Part shown: positions 38,431 to 51,521 of the stretch, piece by piece
How the letters are laid out: every line of letters begins with the position of its first letter
Numbering within the stretch: the first letter of the stretch is position 1
NCBI GenBank assembly: GCA_010405405.1
Contig: MU004237.1
Coordinates: forward strand, 348,191 to 412,190
DNA from: Microthyrium microscopicum
Taxonomy: Eukaryota
DNA: 64,000 nucleotides
Direction of reading: 5' to 3'
Translations under genes and position numbers: made by a program
Notes under the pieces: generated by a model
Database searches by the model: none
What the model saw: only the letters and a program-made list of their open reading frames with translations
What the model was told of the DNA's origin: nothing

Positions 38431-40782
38431 ATGGCGGCCTACTCATATCAGCCTCTGGACTCTCCGAAGAATGAGATTCGAGTTTTGAAATTCGTGGATG
38501 CATCAACTACAAGCAGTGCGGAGCTGGTTCACTGCACTTTGGAAAACGTCTCGTTGGATGATTATCTTCCTCAGTTCCAGGATGTTATGACCGAAACGAG
38601 ACTTGAATGTGGTCCAGCTGCGACAAGAGAATGGACTCATTGGAACGAGCGGGACCCTTCATGGTATGCAGGCCACTCGATGAATTATGACACTCACCCA
38701 GTTCAAATACCAATCGCAAAGTGGCGACGCGATGCGTCAATTCTCGACCTAGCTGCTCTTGGAGTTGACAGTGATCTATTGCCAGAGAAGGAAGAGAAGA
38801 ACCTTGTGCTTGTTGGCAGCCCAGACGCTCTGCCAAATTCTAAAGAGCTGCCGCCTGAGCCTGCCAATCGACAGATTTACTTTAACTTCTTTCCTCGTTT
38901 CAAGTGGGGCGATTTCGAAGCTCTTTCATACTGTTGGGAATCTGACGTCCGAGAAAAGACTGTCATTGTTGATGATAAGCCCTTGCGTATTTCCAAAAGT
39001 CTCGAAGCATTTCTTCAAAAATTGCGTAAGCTGCCGGAAATGGTTGCTGGTATGGGTGTTTGGGCGGATGGCATATGCATCGATCAAGACGATACCCACA
39101 ACGAAAAAAACCAACAAGTGGCTTTGATGAAACGCATATACACTCAAGCTGTCGCAGTCATCGTGTGGCTGGGCGATCCAGGCCCAGAAGGTGAGCAAAC
39201 CATGAAAGCTGTTTGTCAAGCCGCTCTGGTCAATTGCAAAGAAAATAGTGCTGGCTACTACAAGCCTCATGCGAAAGAAGGCTACTGGACAGTCGAGTCT
39301 TTCCAGAAGTGGTTTGACTCGCTTCATTGGGAAAGCGTGATCAAGTTCTTGACACTCAATTACTGGCGAAGAATGTGGATTATCCAGGAGCTTGCTCTTA
39401 ACCAAAATATGACATTATTTTTATATGGCGATCAGCAAATTCCTCGAAACGCGATATGGAGCGCGGCAAGGTTCTGTCAGCAATACCCTAAAGATATTCA
39501 AAAAGCCCTTGCCGCGTTGCCTACTAATTCCCTCGAACAGAGTAATGCAATCGGGGATATATGGCAAGTAGGATACGACATCTGGCTCCTCTTCACCCTT
39601 TCCGAGTTTCCAGACAAGCCATCATTAGACACAGTTCTTGATCTATCCATGAAATCAAAGGTCAAAGAGCCACAAGACAAGGTCTATGGAATACTTGGAC
39701 TTCTGTCCGAGTCCCTTGTAGCAAAGAACCAGCCAAACTACAGTCTCACACCAGAGCAAGTCTATATGCAAATGGCAAAATCTCTTCTCGAAGAGTTCGA
39801 TTGCCTTGACAACCTCTTATGCTGGTGTTCATTATCGCCGACCACTACTATGCCGTCGTGGGTGCCAGACTTTTCCCAGAGATTTCCTCGAAATCATATC
39901 AAATGGCTCAAAAGACGTACGGCCGCGAAAAGTCCACCCCAAGCCACATCTTTTTCCCCTGATGGCCGCATTCTTCACTGCAAAGGCATCATACTTGACA
40001 CGATCACCACCCAAGGCCTCAGCTCTCCACCCTCCGCAAATCTCCCCTTCAAAACCACACTCTTCACTACCTCCTCCTCGCCAAATACATCAACCCCACT
40101 CACTTACGGCAAATACCCTGACGAAGCCTGTGTTCGCGCCGCACTCAGCCGCACCCTGACTCTCGGCCACCCCGACCATCGTCCCACCTCCAACATCCTG
40201 GACATCTACTGGATCGACTGGTCTTTCCTCGCCGATGTCGACCCAGCAAACGAACAGCTCAACGACCTCTGGTTCGGCCTCCGACCCATAACCGCCGCCC
40301 AAGAAACCCACTCCTTCAACGCATGGGAATCCTTCGACCGATTCCGGCACACGAACGCCAACTTCCCCATCTTCGGACGTCCATTCTCATCTTTCTTTCC
40401 GAATATGCGTGAGTACGTGAAGTCGATGATGTTTTGGAAGCCTTGGACGCTATGGGACTATCCTGATCGACCTGACGAAACCTACTATCGAGAAGACTTG
40501 ACGGGAGAACATGCGAGGAATATGGTGTTGGCTGTGCTGGCGTTGGTGGGGAGACGGTTAGCTGTTACGGATAAGGGATGGTTGGGGCTTGTGCCGGAGG
40601 AGACGACGGGTGGTGATATTATTGCTGTGCTGGGAGGCTGTGGGTTTCCGGTTGTGCTTAGGCCGGTTGCAGACGGGTGGAGGTATGTTGGTGAGTGTTA
40701 TGTGGATGGGTTGATGGACGGGGAAGCTGTTGAGGGAATGGAGAGGGGGGAATATGAGTTGGTGGATTTGAAGATCTGTTGA
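38431..40782 (+). CDS. Heterokaryon incompatibility (HET-domain) protein, 783 aa
   Basis: YQPL...EIRVL, FEALSYCW, WADGICIDQ, EKNQQVALMKRIY, YWRRMWIIQE, DKVYGILGL, PSWVPDF and GECYVDGLMDGE. Intronless intact ORF. Confidence 0.93.
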   Translation: MAAYSYQPLDSPKNEIRVLKFVDASTTSSAELVHCTLENVSLDDYLPQFQDVMTETRLECGPAATREWTHWNERDPSWYAGHSMNYDTHPVQIPIAKWRRDASILDLAALGVDSDLLPEKEEKNLVLVGSPDALPNSKELPPEPANRQIYFNFFPRFKWGDFEALSYCWESDVREKTVIVDDKPLRISKSLEAFLQKLRKLPEMVAGMGVWADGICIDQDDTHNEKNQQVALMKRIYTQAVAVIVWLGDPGPEGEQTMKAVCQAALVNCKENSAGYYKPHAKEGYWTVESFQKWFDSLHWESVIKFLTLNYWRRMWIIQELALNQNMTLFLYGDQQIPRNAIWSAARFCQQYPKDIQKALAALPTNSLEQSNAIGDIWQVGYDIWLLFTLSEFPDKPSLDTVLDLSMKSKVKEPQDKVYGILGLLSESLVAKNQPNYSLTPEQVYMQMAKSLLEEFDCLDNLLCWCSLSPTTTMPSWVPDFSQRFPRNHIKWLKRRTAAKSPPQATSFSPDGRILHCKGIILDTITTQGLSSPPSANLPFKTTLFTTSSSPNTSTPLTYGKYPDEACVRAALSRTLTLGHPDHRPTSNILDIYWIDWSFLADVDPANEQLNDLWFGLRPITAAQETHSFNAWESFDRFRHTNANFPIFGRPFSSFFPNMREYVKSMMFWKPWTLWDYPDRPDETYYREDLTGEHARNMVLAVLALVGRRLAVTDKGWLGLVPEETTGGDIIAVLGGCGFPVVLRPVADGWRYVGECYVDGLMDGEAVEGMERGEYELVDLKIC

Positions 40783-41744
40783 GATTGGGTTGAATTGTGA
40801 GATGGTTGGGGTAGAGTATGAGCTAATAGTTGCGAGTCATTTTAAACTATTACTAAAAGTCCTATCAAAAGATTTTGATGTGTGATGGATCTACAATGGT
40901 TTGATATCAAAGAATCATTCGCCGGCCGTGGTTTTTGAGACTTGTATGGAGGAGTATAGTATTATGTAAAATAGCTCATACAAGACCTTGAAATCTTGAT
41001 TATTCGTATATTTATGAGCAATGATCCAAAGGGCAAAAGATGTGAATGTTACACTGGTTTGCGAAATGCGGTAAACTCTGACCCTCTCCCTAATAGGCTT
41101 ATTTTTGCAGAATGTAACCAATTATATCGAGAATAGTTCTCACTTTATGGTAAAGGCTCTGGCCTAGGTGCCAAACTTCAAAATCCGTCCCTCTATAAAA
41201 ACTCTTATACGTCTAATTCTGCAAAATTCACATGTTTAGAGACACTAGGGAGGGGATCAGAGTTCACCACATTTCGCAAACCAGTGTATCAACCTCTTGT
41301 ACATATTTCAGCCTTGTTGGTAAACATACGTGAGATATACAGTCAAAAAAACTGTTGTGGGTTAGGCCTTTTAAGTTCTCAATTATATAGTTCTCAATTA
41401 TATAGTTCTCAACCTTTAGCAAGAACTTTAGCTTCTTTTTCCAGATTATAAGGACCAATCCGACAGATTGTACGAATTGCATGTATGAGTACCGTAGGTA
41501 CTTGAATATATTGCGCCAATGAAACATACAGAAAAAGCAAAGTTGGCAGACCTGCTCAGCCCCCAAGTGATGCTCTAGCCTCTACTTAAGGCCAGCACTT
41601 CGCGACTTCACAAGCGGGCGACCACTTCGAATTCAAACTTTCGCGATCTTGGATATCTGATACCGACTTAAACTATCTCGAAATAGCCCAAGGATAGGAA
41701 GAAGAAAAGTTGGAAGGAATCAAGACTCGTCACCGGGGCCCAAC

Positions 41745-43792
41745 ATGGACAACGAGGAAGAACCTCCTCAGGCTGAGGTCAAGTTCTCAACCCCAGAGAA
41801 CTCGTACTGGCTTTCTAAGCATCAATACAACGAACTTAATGTGGCGGAGCGCGAAATTCGACTGTTAAAAGTGCCGATAGCTCTGGTACTCACCTCCAAT
41901 CTTCGGGACTTCTTTCCACAGTGGATGGCCACGGAAACAGATGCAAAACAACACGTCAATGAAATAAATACTGTACCTAGAAGCATTGTTGCATGTGAGA
42001 TTATCCAGTGTCCCATTGATGCGGTCCAGGATCAATACTATGCGATCTCATATTGTGCTGGGGATGCGAAGAGGACGAAATGGATACTTGTTAATGGGTA
42101 CTGGTTTAACTGTTTTGAGAGCCTTGAGCGCGCATTTCGTCAAGTCCGAGCCAGTTGGCCTGATGGAAACGGGGATTCTGATCCATTCATCTATGTTTGG
42201 GCTGATCAGATTTGTATCAATCAGTGCAAGTGCTTCATTCTCATGTCATGGCACGTACTTATCATTCACAGCGAACGAACAAGAGAAGTCACATCAAGTG
42301 GCTTTCATGAGAGACATCTATCATCGAGCCAAACATGTTTATGTGTCGCTTAATTTTCCTGATGAGCAATCGAGGTTTTCGAGTTCTGAGATTGCTTACA
42401 AGAAGTTTCTGGATTATATTCACAACAATGACGATGTTAAATACAACTTGCTCAATCCTGCTGGTTTCCGAGAATTGGCCATACATATGGGGGCTGATGG
42501 GCATTCTCTCAAGAGTTTGATCACGGAAATCATATCCCAACCCTGGTGAGATATTTGCCGTTCTTGCGATCCGAAAGCCATCAGAACCTAACAATTTGCT
42601 ATGCATTAGGTGGACTAGAAGCTGGGTGTTCCAGGAGTTTTTAGTGGCTTCTCGAGTATACTTCTTCATTTGGCATATTCGCCTCTCGTGGTGGGAATTA
42701 TCACCTCTACTCAAAGCTCGCTGCGGTATGTATGAAGATCTATCGGTTCCTTCAGGGTCTGATAGAGATTGTGAGCCACCATCCAGAAGGACAAAAACTT
42801 CCATGTTCAGGAAGTTTATTCCTGAAAAACTGAGCAAACCGCCCCGAAAACCTAAGGATTCTCCATCAAACTCTTCTATGACACCAGAAAAGTTCCTCTG
42901 GTCTTGGGCCGATATCTCTCATTCTCACATCAGCCGAGTCAAGCATTTTGTTGAGTCGAAGGAACACTGGTCCTGCTCGATCAGCGTTCGTAATTTGATG
43001 GAGAATTGTCACACTTTTTCTGCCACAGACCCGCGAGATCGGATATACGCTTTTGCTGGCCTCGCCCAGACTGATGGGCCAGAGGAGGGCCTGTTGAGGT
43101 GGCTTGTGCCAGACTATAGCGTGTCCAACACAATGCCCAAACTGCTATGCAACCTCGCCCTTACCTTTTTTAAGTTCAACACTGAACACTTCCGGTTTGC
43201 TCTGGATGCAGCTGTTCTGCGAAAACGAGGCGAAAACGGTAGATTCAATCCTTCTTGGGTCGCCGACTGGACCCAGGCCATAGATTCAGATATGCTTGAA
43301 CTGAGATCCAAGTTCTTGGGTGGAGTGACCGAAGGGAGAATGGATAACGATCCGATGGTTCTACTCATGCACGAAAACTCCAAATCGTCCGTGACTGGAA
43401 TAGATTGGGATATTCCGGAGCAGTTACGTGCCATATCAGATCCATCTGGATTACGACTCAGAGTTGAGGCATCATTCATCGCTACTTTACGGCAAAGAAA
43501 GAACGACTCGTTCAAGTTCTGGTGCGACTTTTGGGTAACAGAAGACGCTCGGCTGGCAGTAAGAAGTCATGAGACTGCAAAGGTCAATGATACTTTATGG
43601 TCAATTTGTGGTAGCCAGCGGTTTCATGTGCTGAGAACTGCAGCTCGCACTGGGGGAGGATATACTATTGTAGCAGAGGCAGCGCTTTTCGTTCCAGCAG
43701 CCGAGCAACTCGACAAGAAACCTAGACAACCGACGGACTCGAATCAGTTTCAGGTCTTGTTGAGAGGGTTTCAGACAATAGAGCTGATCTAG
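41745..43792 (+). CDS. HET-domain protein (3 exons)
   Basis: EIRLL, YYAISYCAG, WADQICINQ, EKSHQVAFMRDIY, WWTRSWVFQE, ATDPRDRIYA and PSWVADW. Needs a GC-AG intron at 42226-42271 and a GT-AG intron at 42546-42609. Confidence 0.88.
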
Positions 43793-44050
43793 GCTGTCAA
43801 GTGCTTGTCAACGGCATTCTATCACAACTTGGTTATTTTGATCTAGCTGTTCTGAGGTCAAAGAATGGATGCATACGTTGCTGATCTCCAGACACCGATG
43901 AACCCTCACCACGTCGCTCTTTCGCTCAATTTTGATTCCCAACATCAGGGAAGATAGTGCCTTCTCAAACTCAAGACACGAAGGAAGAGCATAGTTCAAA
44001 GCGAATATGGCCACCAGTGTTTTCAGGTACGTCTGTTCTGCAGACGAGAG

Positions 44051-45130
44051 ATGTCTCTGCTCAAACATGCTGGCGAAGTCATCCTCAAGCTGGTGTATGG
44101 CTACAATATAGAACATCATACCAATGATGCTCTAGTCAGTCTAGCCGACCGTACGATGCAACAATTTACCCTAGCAATAGTTCCTGGGGCCTGGATCGTA
44201 GACATACTCCCATTCCTACGATGTTTACCAAGCTGGTTCCCGGGAGCCGGATTCAAGAAAACTGCAAGCGATTGGGCCAAATCACTTTCCGACTCAGGAC
44301 ACATACCATATGAGTTTACCAAGCGACCTACAGCTGCTGGAAAAGTGCGGGACTCCTTTGTGGCCAGATCCATTCAACAAGCTGAAAAGGATTTCAACAC
44401 CAAGAGTCTCTCGAAGGATGAAGAGGGCATCATCCAGTGGACGGCCTTGACACTCTATCTTGGAGGTGCAGATACCACGGTTGAGACCTTACATTCAGTT
44501 TATTTAGCAATGGCCATGTTCCCCAACGTCCAGCGAAAAGCACAGGAAGAAATCGATCGCGTTTTCGGAACATCCCGCTTACCAGGCTACGAGGATCGTA
44601 GCAATCTGCCATACATCAACAACGTTGTCCTAGAAGCACAACGATGGCATCCGATCGCACCTTTGGGGGGTCCTCACGTTTCAAACGAGGAAGATAGCAT
44701 TTCTGGCTATCGTATTCCCAAAAGTGCGATACTGCTACCGGCAGTGTGGTGGTTCACCCGAGATCCAGAGGTATACCATGATGCGGAGGAGTTCAAACCA
44801 GAGCGTTACGCAGCGCCATATGATGAGCCCTCGCCTACAGATGTTACATTTGGGTTTGGAAGACGAATCTGTCCGGGCAGATATCTTGCTGACTCAATCA
44901 TGTTTTTGACGATTGTTCAGTCACTCGCGGTTTTCAGAATCTCGAAAGCACCGTCTCAGGATGGCAAATCTAACGATTTGAAACACGAATTTCGCCCTGG
45001 GATGATTAGTGCGGTCGCTCCTTTCGATGTTCTTATTCAACCTCGATCGGCACAACATGAAGCGCTCATTGAGGATACGATGACAAGATTTCCGTGGGAG
45101 AAAAGCGATCAAGAGGCTCTAAATCTATAA
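44051..45130 (+). pseudogene. Cytochrome P450 (OrdA-like fungal type), 5'-truncated
   Basis: GGADTT I-helix, EAQR (ExxR), PERY and FGFGRRICPG heme motifs are intact. The N-terminal anchor, proline-rich and B/C regions are absent, and only ~260 bp separate it from the upstream HET stop codon. Confidence 0.75.
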
Positions 45131-47622
45131 GGCCAGCGGATATGTTCATTAAGAAATAGGTGTGGCTAGTAAGCAGAGTTCGTAGAGGATATATATTCCA
45201 TTGAGGCAGGATCTGTCGAAGCATCAGTATTGAAAATCACCATATAAGTTTCAAGCTAATGAATCTCCTTGTTATCCTATTCTCTCATGCTCCCTAATTG
45301 CAAATGCTTATTAAGTTATGAGAATCTTCATGACCGATGCAAACATTTGGGCCAGCTTGGTCAGCTCAATGCTAGATCGTCAAGCATGGGCGAAATGCAT
45401 ATTAACCAAAATTCATATGATAAATTGAACTACAGCTGAATGTAGAGTGAACAGATGTAGAATAGCAGATCAACGGTCTTGCATCATTATCAAGATCAGG
45501 ACAGAATCTTGCTCTATAGTCATTCTATACGCCTTGGTGTCGGAGTACACTAAACACCATTCTACCAATCACCAGTACTATGAAAGTGCCCTGGCTAGCA
45601 AACATGGCAAACACGGATTTCATGTGGCAAAACTGCTATTCAGGTACACCATCCATCAATCATCACCTCAAAAGCTATAATTAGTGGTAGCTATAGACAA
45701 CTGATCCAGAGCATCACCGATGCCATAACAAAGATGTAAGAACTTGGTACAGACCACAGATCGAGAACCACAAAAGTTGTCGATCAAAGAAAACACGTCG
45801 AACATCTAGAATGCTTCTCTCCTAAATATAGCACCTATTCTCCAGGCTCAAAGACATTTCAGTGATCCAAGCACCCGTAACGAAGCACCCTTTAAGCAAA
45901 GATCAACACAACTAAATTCCAAAAGCGTAGCATTTTACCAGGTTGTAAGAACACCAGTCCAGCCCAAGTTCTTCCCCCATTTTTCTCCAAGGTTCTCCAT
46001 ATTCTAGAACCAAAACAAACAAAGTCTCCACCACTTGGCCCAACAAAGCAACAAAAGCCAGCTCTCTGGACTCTGGCACTCTGCAGATGTCAAAAAAAAT
46101 CCCTGCAGGCTGCATAATAAAAACGTTTTTCTGACTTCGGCCTACGGCTCCACTCTACCCAACCTTAAGCCGGTTAAGCAGTAACGCTAAAGACAAATGC
46201 GGCGCTGCGATAGACGCATAACCGTCAAAAGCCCCTCGCTCACCCAACCGTTCTCACGGCTCTCAACTGTGACTGACTGCAAAAATAGGGGGGCTCTTTT
46301 ACACCTCGTTGCGGCCGAATTGTTCAGAGCAACTTTTGCTTTTTCTCTAATATGTTACGGAGTATCTTGCGGAATACTTTACGGTGATGTGCGCTTTGTT
46401 AACTAGCGGGCAAGTTCAAGCCAGCAACAAGTTGCCAGCTGAACCACTGACGATGGTGGCATTTTTGCGGATGGTGAACGGATGACTTTGTGCAGAAAGA
46501 ACGGCTCGGCAGTTCTGAGCACGCGACGTTGTTGGAGTGTACCATGTGCCCCGACTTCGTTTGCAGCTTGCTTGTGCACAAGTTTGCGGGGCAAAGCTAG
46601 TACAGCTAGAGTCTAGAGAAGGAAAAAAATTGTGCAATCATTTAGACTACAGTACAGTATCTAGTAGTAAAGGAATTTTTCTGTTGGACGAATGGGTTTG
46701 AGGATCGGTAGGATTTGCGGCGAGGATAGGGCAATAGTAATTGGTGAATGATCGAGAAGAAATACGAGATGGACAGATTGCGTTTGGCCAGGCAACGGTT
46801 TATGGTTTGGGAAGGTTACAACAAAAGATGGAGAGTAGTTGATCAATGAATCGTATTATCATTAAGATTAAATAAATATATGATCCTTTGCAGGAATATT
46901 GGTATATTGTCCAAAAAGTGTGCCATCCATTCTGAAAACACGCTGCGAATGAGCAGCGGGTTAGAGGGATGAACTCTAACACAACAGTAAAATGTCGTCG
47001 GTGAGGGCTGGCTCGAACCATGCAAAACTTCGTATTCAAGGACGATGCGAACACCCCCCGAACTGAAAGAAGGACCGATAATTGAATACTTTCAATTTCC
47101 AGCCCCGCTCCAGCCCTTGCGACAATGATTGCTCATGAAAGGGATGCCTCCGAGACCATGAGTTGTACCACGACAACGGGAATGATGTTGTAGTTTGCTG
47201 ACTGTTGTCAACGACCCTTTTGCGGTTGGCGAAAAATAGCCCTTGCATGACTGGGTTTATTGGTTGCACAAACTGTTTGCTGCAGGAAAAGCTGTTGTGT
47301 GTCCCTGCAGCACATCAATTTCGACATCCTGGGAGGGCCTGGTTTGGTTGGTCAAACTCCTGGGTTCCCGTGCTCCAGATTGAAGGGAGACGTAGGTTAA
47401 TTAAATGAAAAATACTTCATGCCTGTGCATTGAAGATTTTCATGAACCTCTCGTCATAGACGTTTGATGATGGCTGCTGATGATGCGAAGCGATTTCTTT
47501 TCGCGGTGTTGGCCGATATTCTTTGGTAAGACTGGTGGGCTGTGAATTTGTTGGTGTGTCTAAACTTGGATGCATGGATCGTGGCGTTTGTCAGGTGCAT
47601 CCAAATGCGCTTAGAAGCGCAT

Positions 47623-47889
47623 TCACGATGCGCCGCGATCATTTGTTAGAAGTTTGGAGAGCCGGAAAGATAGTTTCGACATGGACGTTGGTGAAGTGCC
47701 AGATGACGTTGGAGTTGAGGCTTTGCTGTTGGATGCTGAGGAATCTGAAGAGGATGATGAGTTTGACATGGAGCGAGTGCGATGATCAGCGCGAAGAATG
47801 TCTTCTAAGCTGACACTCTTTGCATTTCTGGTCGCAAGACACATGAGGCTATCTTCCTCCAGATGTTCGGTGAACTTTGAAAGAACCAT
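47623..47889 (-). CDS. Small Ser-rich hypothetical protein (~88 aa)
   Basis: ATG in good fungal context (TTCAAAATGG), MVLSKFTEHLEEDS...Ser-rich tract. Coding-like composition within a long intergenic region. Confidence 0.5.
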   Translation of the reverse strand: MVLSKFTEHLEEDSLMCLATRNAKSVSLEDILRADHRTRSMSNSSSSSDSSASNSKASTPTSSGTSPTSMSKLSFRLSKLLTNDRGAS

Positions 47890-50275
47890 TTTGAACCTTG
47901 TGGATAGTCGCGTTGGTTGAAGTATGTGCTGTAGTATGGTAGCCTGGTTGATGTTGAGAGATCTGTTATGCAAAACACACAAGTTGTTGAGTGAAACAGT
48001 GAATGTAGTTGGAAGTGAGTAGTTGTAAAATGTAGTCGATCTCGAAAACTTCTTATAGGCGTGTAATAAGTACTGTGGAACCACTTTTGCAGATGGGAAG
48101 GGGGAGGCAGCGTATTTGTATGGGGAAGGCTCTAAGCAGTGGGCGGAGATGACCACTGGCGCACTAACAGATTCACAAGTTTGGATCCCAAGACCAAAAA
48201 GAGACTGGGGCAAAAGAAAAGGCAAGGATCCGCAAGGGCCACAAGGGTCGTCAACGCCACTGTTAAACCAAACCCTGTTCACTTTGCAACGGAACGGGAG
48301 CCTGTGTGTTGAACCAATTTTGGGTTGCTTAGCCTGAATCCGCTCCAACCAGTCCCATCCGTTGCATCCTTTTTCTGCTTCAATCTGATTATCTGCCCAA
48401 CGCGAGGCCGACTTGTTTTCATTCTACCAATCACGCTCTTGCCCGGAGTCGAGGCCGAGCAGTCCCCAGAGCAAGCTCGCGTGAGTTGAAGAGTCTTTGT
48501 CACACCTGACAAGATCACTTTCATCCGACTTGGATCTTGTCTTTGCCCATCTTGCGCGTCTCGTTGGTTCTTCTGTTCTTGACCACCAATTTCCATTTCG
48601 AGTCATTGTTGTCGTGTGCACTTTATGCTCTTCCAGATTGTTGATGGCGCGTCTTGGTTGAATTGCTAATTTTTGTCGATCTTTCCATTCACGGCTCAAT
48701 GTTCAATTCAAGATAGATTGGCTTGCGCATTGACAACGCCAGTCAATCGTTCCCCGATATCGAGACTTGAAACTGGCAAGGTGTTAGACATTTTTTCGTC
48801 TAACATATCCCCGTATTTCAAAATCATATTTGACCACTTATCACTGCTTCAACTTTTCAAATTGCGACTTGGGCCAGTCTGAATTAATGATTCTGCCTTG
48901 TTGTTGTACTTTCCTCTTTCTACTTTGCCACGATGGATACAATGCGCGATGTCGCGGCACTGCAACAGTCGCGTCCTTCACTGGAAACAGCGAATTCCTC
49001 AAGACCCAATCTCTTCGATCCATTCGAGGTGACGCAACACATATTCCCTGGAAAGCCCAGAGGATGATAAAAAGGATGATAACAATTGATCGTCATCTCA
49101 ACGTTTCGCAAAAGCGCATCCCAGGGTCCAGCAATAAATTCTCCTAAACGCAATGATATGCGAGATCATCTTGACTTCATAGTTCATCTACCCATGTGAA
49201 CAATATGCGGGGGATCAGCATGATTCCTTCTACTTTTCGACCAAAAATCAATATACCCAGATTGATTTACAGAAGAATTTTCACTGAACCACCAGGGCAC
49301 CCATCTGATCATAAATAGATAAGATTTCTTCAAACCCAATTTGAGGCTCGCCTCTTTCAGGTATCCAGGTCTTGGGGTTCTCAGTCCTTGGCTCGGATCG
49401 CGTTGTTCTGCGCCGTCCAGTCAGGACAAAGGAACACACTGCCTCAACCTCGAAGTTTCTGCTCCATCCTTCGGGCTTCGGCGGCGAGGATTGCAAGTTG
49501 TCGTCACTGGCTGAAAACTTATATCTATTTTTGTGCAGTGGGATGCACGCAGCACGACGCGCACCAACAGATTGATTGCGTCTGTTGGTTTTGCGAAAAG
49601 CGTGCGCGTTGTAGCGCAAAACTATCTTCGGTGACATCATCCGTAGGTAACAGCGCGCAGCCCGAGTGTTCCACGCCGCGGGATCCGATAGAGTACGTTC
49701 GCGGAATCTGCTTGATTGTGGTCAAGATAGATTGCCGACATGTGCAAGACAGAAAATATTTTGCTCATGGTTGAAATATTCGGCAGTTGAATTAAGATTA
49801 CGAGCTTGTGAGTTTCAACGGAAGGCACGATCGATCTTCTGGCAAGAGCCTGGCACGCCTGAGCAGGACAATTCTGGAGCGCATCTTCGATACATTTCGA
49901 ATAAAGCGGGCTCAGCCAGAGTTGCTCTCTAAAGCTTTGCATAAACTATTGGATTTCACGAAAATGCAGTAGGCGAGCTGCACTGTTATGCGTAACTAGT
50001 CGGCTACGGAACCGCCCTTCTCTACAGCACCTGGAATCCTCGTGTCAAATCCAGGAACCACTTGGAATTCCCTATCCACGGTCCTGGCTAGAAAACCACT
50101 CTGGAAGGGTCCCAGAATATTGGTAGCTTCTCACAAGCTCTTCGCTGTGCATTCTTACTCATCAAAGCTGTGCCCAGCTGTCTACGACACTGTTGCGGAT
50201 AATCTTTCTCGGAGATCAGACATATCTTTCCCTGCTGACTTATGTTACAATAACATAATTGACAGTATCAGCCGC

Positions 50276-51133
50276 TGAGAAGGGGCAACCAGTAGGGGCT
50301 GTTTCAGCCAAGATCAGGTGTTATTTAGATCTCTGAAGGGGCTGAAATTCTAGTTCCCTTAGCATCTTTTAGCAAATACAATTATCATCAGATTCTCTAT
50401 TGCCGTTCTACACTATATTAAATTAGGGGCTAAACCGTGGACGGTAATAAGATCGTTTATTATCAAATTCCTATTAGAACGATTCGGCTGCGTTTGAACT
50501 AATGGACGCTGACGACGACTAGCCTTCTCGTTGCCTTTACTAGAATAGCTCATTATCGAATGACGACGTCCTTCATTAAGTACTTATTAAAAATTATTAG
50601 AACTAGCTACGTTTGAACTAACGGCAGTATCTTACTAAAGCAATTTTAGCCAAAAACGGCCCTTTTAGAACGAATAAGCATAAATTGAGCTAGAGCTAAA
50701 TATATAGTGTTGAATGTATAGGATTACCTAAGTTTGAGTCGCTATAGGCTGTTTTGACGACTAAATAGAACGGAATGGTTATAAGAATACCTTTAAACGA
50801 GGAAGAACGATTCTTACTAGTCTAGAAGCGATTCGGTAGTCTAAGGACCTTAAGAGGATTTAGTATTTATTATGAACGAGAAGGGATAAGAATGACTACG
50901 ATTGAAGGGACGGATAACGATCCATAAACGACTGTTTTTATGATCAAGATTAAGATTCTATCTTAACCTTCGTTATCTGTGGGATGGTTGAGAAGAGGCA
51001 ACCAGTAGGGGCTGTTTCAGCCAAGATTAGGTGTTATTTAGATCTCTGAAGGGGCTGAGATTCTGGTTCCTTAAGCATCTTTTAGCAAATACAATTATCA
51101 TCAGATCCTCTATTGCCGTTCTACACTATATCA
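50276..51133 (+). mobile_element. Miniature non-autonomous LTR retroelement (TRIM-like), 858 bp
   Basis: 145-bp direct repeats at 50276-50420 and 50989-51133 (TG...TA/CA), 4-bp TSD CCGC at 50272-50275 and 51134-51137. PBS-like TAGGGGCTAAACCG follows the 5' LTR and purine-rich GTGGGATGG precedes the 3' LTR. The interior is RIP-like AT-rich with no ORF. Confidence 0.9.
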
Positions 51134-51521
51134 CCGCACAGAGATCGAGATGAGCTGGACTGAACATTGTTCGTTCTGTAGCTTAGTACTTTGGATGTAT
51201 GCGAGCTTATTTGGCATCATCAAGCCGTCTAGAATGCTACTTCATCGCTCATGTTTGGAGTCTGTTGCTTTAAATTATAGCGCAAAGCATCTCTACAAGC
51301 ACGTAACTTGACCTGCTTTTTCATCATCATTTGCACTGATATAAAGGCTGACTTTGCCTACAATAGTTAGTATTGGAAAGCTTTGCTGATAAATACACAT
51401 ATATAGCACATCATTCACGTGATGACTGACGTGAGTTTCGTGATAGACAAAAGCAAAGACTTTTAATCCAAGTAGTATATGAAGAATTCAAGAGCTGCTC
51501 AATGTAGACTTTGTAGGCATT

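Noticed and set aside
41374..41412. 15-bp tandem duplication (AGTTCTCAATTATAT, ~2.5 copies)
   Set aside because: Short local slippage with no further structure.
45200..50200. Many short overlapping ORFs
   Set aside because: Apart from the small Ser-rich ORF at 47623-47889, none shows coding features, so the stretch is treated as long regulatory or intergenic sequence.
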